Origin: Leptogorgia sarmentosa
Lineage: Eukaryota
NCBI GenBank assembly: GCA_964658305.1
Contig: OZ210884.1
Location: forward strand, 3,038,001-3,102,000
Length of the DNA: 64,000 nucleotides
Direction of reading: 5' to 3'
The notes beneath the pieces are model-generated. The model did no database searches. It was not told the origin of the DNA and saw nothing but the letters and a program-made list of their open reading frames with translations. Position 1 is the first letter of the stretch. Each line of letters begins with the position of its first letter. Positions 37,601-49,600 of this stretch are shown here, piece after piece. Made by a program: the position numbers and the translations under genes.

Positions 37601-40600
37601 TGTGAATGTTGGAATGGATTTACTGGGGATGGTGAAAATTGTACAGGTAGATGTAATCAATTCACTCTTTTCAAATTCGACACAACTTCGTCACCCCACG
37701 GAATGCATTTGAGGAATTTTCCAAAATTGACAATGTCTCTATTTGCTGTTGCAGATATTAACGAATGTACAACTAACACACATAATTGCCACGACAATGC
37801 TAATTGTACAAACACAAATGGATCATTTACATGTGAATGTTGGAATGGATTTACTGGGGATGGTGAAAATTGTACAGGTAGATGTAATTAATTCACTCTA
37901 ATAAAATTCGTCGCAATTTCGTCACCACACAGAATTAATTGGGGGAATTTTCCAAAATTGACAATGTCTGTTTTTCCTGTTGCAGATATTAACGAATGTA
38001 CAACTAACACACACAATTGCCACGACAATGCTAATTGTACAAACACAAATGGATCATTTACATGTGAATGTTGGAATGGATTTACTGGGGATGGTGAAAA
38101 TTGTACAGGTAGATGTAATCAATTCACTCTTTTACAATTCGACGCAACTTCGTCGCCCCACGGAATGCATTTGAGGAATTTTCCAAAATTGACAATGTCT
38201 CTTTTTCTGTTGCAGATATCAACGAATGTACAACTAACACACACAATTGCCACGACAATGCTAATTGTACAAACACAAATGGATCATTTACATGTGAATG
38301 TTGGAATGGATTTACTGGGGATGGTGAAAATTGTACAGGTAGATGTAATAAATTCACTCTTAAAAATTCGGCGCATCTTCGTCACCACACCGAATTCATT
38401 GGGGATTTTGCAAATTGACACTGCCTCTTTTTGCTGTTCCAGATATTAACGAATGTACAAACAACACGCACAATTGTCACCACAATGCAAATTGTACAAA
38501 CACAAATGGATCATTTACATGTGAATGTTGGAATGGATTTACTGGGGATGGTGAAAATTGTACAGGTATATATAATGTACAAATTTTCAGAATAAATTAT
38601 TGCAAACATGGCAACCAGTTTTCTAACTGGATCAAAAACTTGTGACTAATCCCATAGATATTTTATTTCATTATGCCATCCGAAGAGTCATGTTTCGATC
38701 TTCTCTTTTTTTTCAATTCACTTTTTTAAAATTCGTCCCAAAACCGTCACCCCCCCAAATTCAATGGGGGAATTTGCGAAAATTGACATTGTCTCTTTTT
38801 GCTGTTCTAGATATTAACGAATGTACAACTAACACACACAATTGCCACGACAATGCTAATTGTACCAACACAAATGGATCATTTACATGTGAATGTTGGA
38901 ATGGATTTACTGGGGATGGTGAAAATTGTACAGGTAGATGTAATCAATTCACTCTTTAAAATTCGACGCAACTTCGTCACCACACCGAATTCATCAGGGG
39001 AATTTGGCAAAATTGACAATGTCTCTTTTTGCTGTTGCAGATATTAACGAATGTACAACTAACACACACAATTGCCACGACAATGCTAATTGTACAAACA
39101 CAAATGGATCATTTACATGCGAATGTTGGAATGGATTTACTGGGGATGGTGAAAATTGTACAGGTAGATGTAATCAATTCACTCTTTTCAAATTCGACGC
39201 AACTTCGTCACCCCACGGAATGCATTTGAGGAATTTTCCAAAATTGACAATGTCTCTATTTGCTGTTGCAGATATTAACGAATGTACAACTAACACACAT
39301 AATTGCCACGACAATGCTAATTGTACAAACACAAACGGATCATTTACATGTGAATGTTGGAATGGATTTACTGGGGATGGTGAAAATTGTAGAGGTAGAT
39401 GTAATTAATTCACTCTAATAAAATTCGTCGCAACTTCGTCACAACACAGAATTCATTGGGGGAATTTTCCAAAATTGACAATGTCTCTTTTTGCTGTTGC
39501 AGATATTAACGAATGTACAACTAACACACACAATTGCCACGACAATGCTAATTGTACAAACACAAATGGATCCTTTACATGTGAATGTTGGAATGGATTT
39601 ACTGGGGATGGTGAAAATTGTACAGGTAGATGTAATCAATTTACTCTTTAAATTTCGATGCAACTTTGTCACCACACCCAATTCATTGGGGGAATCTGCC
39701 AAAATTGGCAATGTTCCTTTTTGCTGTTGCAGATATTAACGAATGTACAACTAATACGCACAATTGCCACGACAATGCAAATTGTACAAACACAAATGGA
39801 TCATTTACATGTGAATGTTGGAATGGATTTACTGGGGATGGTGAAAATTGTACAGGTAGACGAAATTAATTCACTTTAATAAAAATCGTCGCAACTTCGT
39901 CACCACACAGAATTAATTGGGGGAATTTTCCAAAATTGACAATGTCTGTTTTTCCTGTTGCAGATATTAACGAATGTACAACTAACACACACAATTGCCA
40001 CGACAATGCTAATTGTACAAACACAAATGGAACATTTACATGTGAATGTTGGAATGGATTTACTGGGGATGGTGAAAATTGTACAGGTAGATGTAATCAA
40101 TTGACTCTTTTACAATTCGACGCAACTTGGTCCCCCCAGCGAATTCATTGGGGGAATTTGCCTAAATTGACAATATCTCTTTTTCTGTTGCAGATATTAA
40201 CGAATGTACATCTAACACACACAATTGCCACGACAATGCTAATTGTACAAACACAAATGGATCATTTACATGTGAATGTTGGAATGGATTTACTGAGGAT
40301 GGTGAAAATTGTACAGGTAGATGTAATAAATTCACTCTTAAAAATTCGGCGCATCTTCGTCACCACACCAAATTCATTGGGGGATTTTGCAAATTGACAA
40401 TGCCTCTTTTTTCTGTTCCAGATATTAACGAATGTACAAACAACACGCACAATTGTCACGACAATGCAAATTGTACAAACACAAATGGATCATTTACATG
40501 TGAATGTTGGAATGGATTTACTGGGAATGGTGAAAATTGTACAGGTATATATAATGTACAAATTTTCAGAATAAATTATTGCAAACATGGCGACCAGTTT

Positions 40601-43600
40601 TCTAACTGGATCAAAAACTTGTGACTAATCCCATAGATATTTTATTTTATTATGCCATCCGAAGAGTCATGTTTCAATCATCTTTTTTTTTCAATTCACT
40701 TTTTCAAAATTCGTCCCAAAACCGTCACCCCACCGAATTCAATGGGGGAATTTGCGAAAATTGACATTGTCTCTTTTTGCTGTTCCAGATATTAACGAAT
40801 GTACAACTAACACACACAATTGCCACGACAATGCTAATTGTACAAACACAAATGGATCATTTACATGTGAATGTTGGATTGGATTTACTGGGGATGGTGA
40901 AAATTGTACAGGTAGATGTAATGAATTCACTCTTTAAAATTCGACGCAACTTCGTCACCACACCGAATTCATCGGGGGAATTTGGCAAGGTTAACAATGT
41001 TTCTTTTTGCTGTTGCAGATATTAACGAATGTACAAATAACACACACAATTGCCACGACAATGCTAATTGTACAAACACAAATGGATCATTTACATGTGA
41101 ATGTTTGAATGGATTTACTGGGGATGGTGAAAATTGTACAGGTACTTGTAATCAATTGACTCTTTGACAATACGACGCAACTTCGTCACCTCACCGAATT
41201 CACGGGGGAATTTGCCAAAATTGACAATGTTTCTTTTTGCTGTTGTAGATATTAACGAATGTTCAACTAACACACACAATTGCCACGACAATGCAAATTG
41301 TACAAACACAAATAGATCATTTACATGTGAATGTTGGAATGGATTTACTGGGGATGGTGAAAATTGTACAGGTAGATGTAATCAATTCACTCTTTAAATT
41401 TCGACGCAACTTTGTCACCACACCCAATTCATTGGGGGAATCTGCCAAAATTGGCAATGTTCCTTTTTGCTGTTGCAGATATTAACGAATGTACAACTAA
41501 TACGCACAATTGCCACGACAATGCAAATTGTACAAACACAAATGGATCATTTACATGTGAATGTTGGAATGGATTTACTGGGGATGGTGAAAATTGCACA
41601 GGTACATGTAATCATTTGACTCTTTGACAATTCGACGCAACTTCGTCACCACACCGAATTCATGGGGGAATTTGCCAAAATTGACAATATCTCTTCTTGC
41701 TGTTGCAGATATTAACGAATGTACAACTAACACACACAATTGCCACGACAATGCAAATTGTACAAACACAAATGGATCATTTACATGTGAATGTTGGAAT
41801 GGATTTTCTGGGGATGGTGAAAATTGCACAGGTACATGTAATCGTTTGACTCTTTGACAATTCGACACAACTTCGTCACCACACCGAATTCATGGGGGAA
41901 TTTGCCAAAATTGACAATATCTCTTCTTGCTGTTGCAGATATTAACGAATGTACAACTAACACACACAATTGCCACGACAATGCTAATTGTACAAACACA
42001 AATGGATCATTTACATGTGAATGTAGGAATGGATTTACTGGGGATGGTGAAAATTGTACAGGTAGATGTAATCAATTCACTCTTTCAATTTCGACGCAAC
42101 TTTGTCACCCTACCCAATTCATTGAGGGAATCTGCCAAAATTGGCAATGTTCCTTTTTGCTGTTGCAGATATTAACGAATGTACAACTAATACGCACAAT
42201 TGCCACGACAATGCAAATTGTACAAACACAAATGGATCATTTACATGTGAATGTTGGAATGGATTTACAGGGGATGGTGAAAATTGCACAGGTACATGTA
42301 ATCATTTGACTCTTTGACAATTCGACACAACTTCGTCACCACACCGAATTCATGGGGGAATTTGCCAAAATTGACAATATCTCTTGCTGTTGCAGATATT
42401 AACGAATGTACAACTAACACACACAATTGCCACGACAATGCTAATTGTACAAACACAAATGGATCATTTACATGTGAATGTTGGAATGGATTTTCTGGGA
42501 ATAGTGAAAATTGCACAGGTAGATGTAATCAATTCACTCTTTAAAATTCGACACAACTTCGCCACCACACCGAATTCATGGGGGAATTTGCCAAAATTGA
42601 CAATGTCTCTTTTTGCTGTTGCAGATATTAACGAATGTACAACTAACACACACAATTGCCACGACAATGCAAATTGTACAAACACAAATGGATCATTTAC
42701 ATGTGAATGTTGGAATGGATTTACTGGGGATGGTGAAAATTGTACAGGTATATATAATGAAAAAGTTTTCAGAATAAATTATTGCAAACATTATGACCAA
42801 TTTTCGAACAGGATCAAAAAGTTATGACTAATCCCATAGCATATTTTTTTTATTATGCCATCGCGAGAGTCATCTTACGATCTTCTGTTTTTTTCTATTT
42901 TCCCTTCTAAAATCCGTTCCAACACCGTCATCCCACCGAATTCAATGGAGGAATTAACCAAAATTGTCAATGTCTCTTTTTGCTGTTGCAGATATTAACG
43001 AATGTACAAATAACGCACACAATTGCCACGACTATGCTAATTGTACAAACACAAATGGATCATTTACATGTGATTGTTGGAATGGTTTTACTGGGGATGG
43101 TGAAAATTGTACAGGTAGACGTAATCAATTCACTCTTTTAAAAGCGACGCAACTGCGTCACCCCACCGAATGCATTGGTGGAATTTGCCAAAATTGACAA
43201 TGTCTCTTTTTGCTGTTGCAGATATTAACGAATGTACAACTAACACACACAATTGCCACGACAATGCTAATTGTACAAACTCAAATGGATCTTTTACATG
43301 TGAATGTTGGATTGGATTTACTGGGGATGGCGAAAATTGTACAGGTAGATGTGATCAATTCACTCTTTTAAAATTCGACGGAACTGCGTCAACCCACCGA
43401 ATGGATTGGCGGGATTTGCCATAATTGACAATGTCTCTTGTTGCTGTTGCAGAAATTAATGAATGTACAACTAACACACACAATTGCCACGACAATGCTA
43501 ATTGTACAAACACAAATGGATCATTTACATGTGAATGTTTGAATGGATTTACTGGGGATGGTGAAAATTGTACAGTTAGATGTAATCAATTCACTCTTTT

Positions 43601-46600
43601 CAAATCCGACGCAACTTCGTCACCCCTCCGAATGCATTGGGGGAATTTTAAAAAATTGACAATGTCTCTTTTTGCTGTTGCAGATATTAACGAATGTACA
43701 GCTAGCACACACAATTGCCACGGCAATGCAAATTGTACAAACACAAATGGATCATTTACATGTGAATGTTGGAATGGATTTACTGGGGATGGTGAAAATT
43801 GTACAGGTAAGTTTAATGAACAAATATTCAGAATAAATTATTGCAAACAATATGACCACTTTTCAAAGTGGATTAAAAAGTTGTGACTAATCCCATAGCA
43901 TATTTTATTTTATTATGCCATCTCGAGAGTCATCTTTCGATCTTCTCTTGTTTTTTTCAATTCACTCTTTTAAAATTCGTCGCAACATCGTCATCCCGCC
44001 GATTTAATTAAGGGAATTTGCCAAAATTGACAATGTCAATTCTTGCTGTTGCAGATATTAACGAATGTACAACTAACACTCACAATTGCCACGACAATGC
44101 CAATTGTACAAACACAAATGGATCATACACATGTGAATGTAGGAATGGATTTACTTGGGATAGTGAAAATTGTACAGGTACATGTAATCAACTCACACTC
44201 TTAAAATTCGACGCAACTTCGTCACCACACCGAATTCATTGGGGTAAATTGCCAAAATTGACAATGTCTCTTTTTGCTGTTCCAGATATTAACGAATGTA
44301 TAACTAATACACACAATTGCCACGACAATGCTAATTGTACCAACACAAATGGATCGTTTACATGTGAATGTTGGAATGGATTTACAGGAGATGGTGAAAA
44401 TTGTACAGGTAATCAATTCACTCTTTAAAATTAAATGCAACTTCGTCATCACACCGAATTCATTGGGGAAATTTACCAAAATTAACAATGTCTCTTTTTG
44501 CTGTTCCAGATATTAACGAATGTTCAACTAACACACACAATTGCCACGACAATGCTAATTGTACAAACACAAATGGAACATACACATGTGAATGTTGGAA
44601 TGGATTTACTGGGGATGGTGAAAATTGTACAGGTAGATGTAATCAATTGACTCTTTTACAATTCGACGCAACTTCGTCCCCCCAGCGAATTCATTGGGGG
44701 AATTTGCCTAAATTGACAATATCTCTTTTTCTGTTGCAGATATTAACGAATGTACATCTAACACACACAATTGCAACGACAATGCTAATTGTACAAACAC
44801 AAATGGATCATTTACATGTGAATGTTGGAATGGATTTACTGGGGATGGTAAAAATTGTACTGGTAATGAATTCACTATTTAAAGTTCGACGCAACTTCGT
44901 CACCACACCGAATTCATTTGTGGAATTTGCCAAAATTGACAATGTCTGTTTTTGCTGTTCCAGATATTAACGAATGTACAACTAACACACACAATTGCCA
45001 CGACAATGCTAATTGTACAAACATAAATGGATCATTTGCATGTGAATGTTGGAATGGTTTTACTGGGGATGGTGAAAATTGTACAGGTATATGTTATCAA
45101 TTCACTCTTTTAAAATTCGTCACCACTTCGTGACCACACCTAATTCATTGGAGGAATTTGTGAAAATTGACAATGTCTCTTTTTGCTGTTGCAGATATTA
45201 ATGAATGTACAACTAACACACACAATTGCCACGACAATGCTAATTGTACAAACACAAATGGATCTTTTATATGTGAATGTTGGATTGGATTTAATGGGGA
45301 TGGCGAAAATTGTACAGGTAGAAGTAATCAATTCACTCTTTTAAAATTCGACGCAACTGCGTTACCCCATCGAATGTATTGGCGGAATTTGCCATAATTG
45401 ACATTGTCTCTTGTTGCTGTTGCTGTTGCAGATATTAACGAATGTACAACTAACTCACAGAATTGCCACCACAATGCTAATTGTACAAACACAAATGGAT
45501 CATTTACATGTGAATGTTGGAATGGTTTTACTGGGGATGGTGAAAATTGTACAGGTGTATACAATGAACAAATTTTCAGAATAAATTATGGCAAACATTA
45601 TGACCACTTTTCGAACTGGATCAAAAAGTTATGACTAATCCCATAGCATATTTTTTTTATAATGCTATCCCGAGAGTCATCTTACGATCTTCTTTTTTTT
45701 TCAATTCACTCTTCTAAAATCCGTTCCAACACCGTCACCCCACCGAATTCGATGGAGGAATTAACCAAAATTGACAATGTCTCTTTTTGCTGTTGCAGAT
45801 ATTAACGAATGTACAAATAACACACACAATTGCCACGACAATGCTAATTGTACAAACACAAATGGATCATTTACATGTGAATGTTGGAATGGTTTTACTG
45901 GGGATGGTGAAAATTGTACAGGTAAACGTAATAAAATTCAATCTTTTAAAAGTCGACGCAACTGCGTCAGCCCACCGAATGCATTGGGGGAATTCGCCAA
46001 AATTGACAATGTCTCTTCTTGCTGTTGCAGATATTAACGAATGTACAACTAACACACACAATTGCCACGACAATGCTAATTGTACAAACACAAATGGATC
46101 TTTTACATGTGAATGTTGGAAGGGATTTACTGGGGATGGCGAAAATTGTACAGGTAGATGTAATCAATTCACTGTTTTAAAATTCGTCGCCACTGGTTCA
46201 CCCCACCGAATGCATTGGCGGAATTTGCCATAATTGACAATGTCTCTTGTTGTTGTTGCAGATATTAACGAATGTAGAACTAACACACACAATTGCCACG
46301 ACAATGCTAATTGTACAAACACAAATGGATCATTTACCTGTGAATGCTGGAATGGATTTACTGGGGATGGTGAAAATTGTACAGGTAGATGTAACCAATT
46401 CACTCTTTTCAAATTTGACGCAACTTCGTCATCCCACTGAATGCATTGGGGGAATTTGCCAAAATTGACAATGTCTCTTTTTGCTGTTGCAGATATTAAC
46501 GAATGTACAACTAACACACACAATTGCCACGGCAATGCTAATTGTACAAACACAAATGGATCATTCAGATGTGAATGCTGGAATGGATTCACTGGGGATG

Positions 46601-49600
46601 GTGAAAATTGTACAGGTAGATGTAATCAATTCACTCTTTTCAAATTAGACACAACTTCGTCACCCCACCAAATGCATCGGGGGAATTTTACAAAATTGAC
46701 AATGTCTCTTTTTGCTGTTGCAGATATTAACGAATGTACAGCTAACACACACAATTGCCACGACAATGCAAATTGTACAAACACAAATGGATCATTTACA
46801 TGTGAATGTTTCAATGGATTTACTGGGGATGGTGAAAATTGTACAGGTATATTTAATGAAATAATATTCAGAATAAATTATTGCAAACATTATGACCACT
46901 TTTCAAAGTGGATAAAATAGTTGTGACTAATCCCATAGCATATTTTACTTTATTATGCCATCTCGAGAGTCATCTTTCGATCTTCTCTTTTTTTTTCAAT
47001 TCACTTTTTTAAAATTCGTCGCAACATCGTCATCCCGCCGAATTAATTAAGGGAATTTGCAAAAATTGACAATGTCAATTCTTGCTGTTGCAGATATTAA
47101 CGAATGTACAACTAACACACACAATTGCCACGACAATGCTAATTGTACAAACATTTATGGATCTTTTACATGTGAATGTTGGAATGGATTTAATGGGGAT
47201 GGCGAAAATTGTACAGGTAGAAGTAATCAATTCACTCTTTTAAAATTCGACGAAACTGCGTTACCCCACCGAATGTATTGGCGGAATTTGCCATAATTGA
47301 CATTGTCTCTTGTTGCTGTTGCAGATATTAACGAATGTACAACTAACACGCACAATTGCCACAACAATGCTAATTGTACAAACACAAATGGATCATTTAC
47401 ATGTGAATGTTGGAATGGTTTTTCTGGGGATGGTGAAAATTGTACAGGTAGATGTAATCAATTAACTCTTTTAAAATTCGTCGCAACTTTGTGACCACAC
47501 CGAATTCATTGGAGGTTTTGCGAAAATTGACAATGCAACTTTTTGCTGTTGTAGATATTAACGAATGTAGAACTAACACACACAATTGCCCCGACGATGC
47601 TAATTGTACAAACACAAATGGATCATTTACATGTGAATGTAGGAATGGTTTTACTTGGGAAGGTGAAAATTGTACAGGTACATGTAATCAACTCACACTC
47701 TTAAAATTCGACGCAACTTCGTCACCACACCGAATTCATTGAGGGAAATTGCCAAAATTGACAATGTCTCTTTTTGCTGTTCCAGATATTAACGAATGTA
47801 CAACCAATACACACAATTGCCACGACAATGCTAATTGTACCAACACAAATGGATCGTTTACATGTGAATGTTGGAATGGATTTACTGGAGATGGTGAAAA
47901 TTGTACAGGTAATCAATTCACTCTTTAAAATTCAATGCAACTTCGTCACCACACGGAATTCATTGTGGAAATTTGCCAAAATTAACAATGTCTCTTTTTG
48001 CTATTCCAGATATTAACGAATGTACAACTAACACACACAATTGCCACGACAATGCTAATTGTAGAAACACAAATGGATCATACACGTGTGAATGTTGGAA
48101 TGGATTTACTGGGGATGGCGAAAATTGTACAGGTAGATGTAATCAATTCACTCTTTCAAAATTCGACGCAACTTGGTCACCTCACCAAATTAATTGGGGC
48201 AATTTGCCAAAATTGACAATGTCTCTTTTTGCTGTTGCAGATATTAACGAATGTACAACTAACACACACAATTGCCACGACAATGCTAATTGTACAAACA
48301 CAAATGGATCATTTACATGTGAATGTTGGAATGGATTTACTGGAGATGGTGAAAATTGTACAGGTAATCAATTCACTCTTTAAAATTCAATGCAACTTCG
48401 TCACCACACCGAATTCATTGAGGAAATTTGCCAAAATTAACAATGTCTCTTTTTGCTGTTCCAGATATTAACGAATGTACAACTAACACACACAATTGCC
48501 ACGACAATGCTAATTGTACAAACACAAATGGATCATACACATGTGAATGTTGGAATGGATTTACTGGGGAAGGCGAAAATTGTACAGGTACATGTAATCA
48601 ATTCACTCTTTTAAAATTCGACGCAACTTGGTCACCTCACCAAATTCATTGGGGCAATTTGCCAAAATTGACAATGTTTCTTTTTGCTGTTGCAGATATT
48701 AACGAATGTACAACTAACACACACAATTGCCACGACAATGCTAATTGTACAAACACATATGGATCATTTACATGTGAATGTTGGAATGGATTTACTGGTA
48801 ATGGCGAAAATTGTACAGGTAATCAATTCACTCTTTAAAGTTCGACGCAACTTTGTCACCACACGGAATTCATTTGTGGAATTTGCCAAAATTGACAATG
48901 TCTCTTTTTGCTGTTCCAGATATTAACGAATGTACAACTAACACACACAATTGCGACGACAATGCCAATTGTACAAACACAAATGGATCATACACATGTG
49001 AATGTTGGAATGGATTTACTGGGGATGGTGAAAATTGTAGAGGTAGATGTTATCAATTCACTCTTTTAAAATTCGTCGCCACTTTGTGACCACCCCTAAT
49101 TCCTTGGAGGATTTTGCGAAAATTGACAATGTCCTTTTTGCTGTTGTAGATATTAACGAATGTAGAACTAACACACACAATTGCCCCGACGATGCTAATT
49201 GTACAAACACAAATGGATCATTTACATGTGAATGTGGGAATGGATTCACTTGGGATGGTGAAAATTGTACAGGTACATGTAATCAACTCACACTCTTAAA
49301 GTTCGACGCAACTTCGTCACCACACCGAATTCATTGGGGGAAATTGCCAAAATTGACAATGTCTCTTTTTGCTGTTCCAGATTTTAACGAATGTGCAACT
49401 GATACACACAATTGCCACGACAATGCTAATTGTACAAACACAAATGGATCGTTTACATGTGAATGTTGGAATGGATTTACTGGAGATGGTGAAAATTGTA
49501 CAGGTAATCAATTCACTCTTTAAAATTCAATGCAACTTCGTCACCACACGGAATTCATTGTGGAAATTTGCCAAAATTAACAATGTCTCTTTTTGCTATT

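Noticed and set aside
37660..37720. Hammerhead-like motif on the minus strand of array introns (gtgacgaagttgcgtcgaatt consensus)
   Set aside because: The core deviates at both CUGANGA and GAAA and no stem I or cleavage site is evident.
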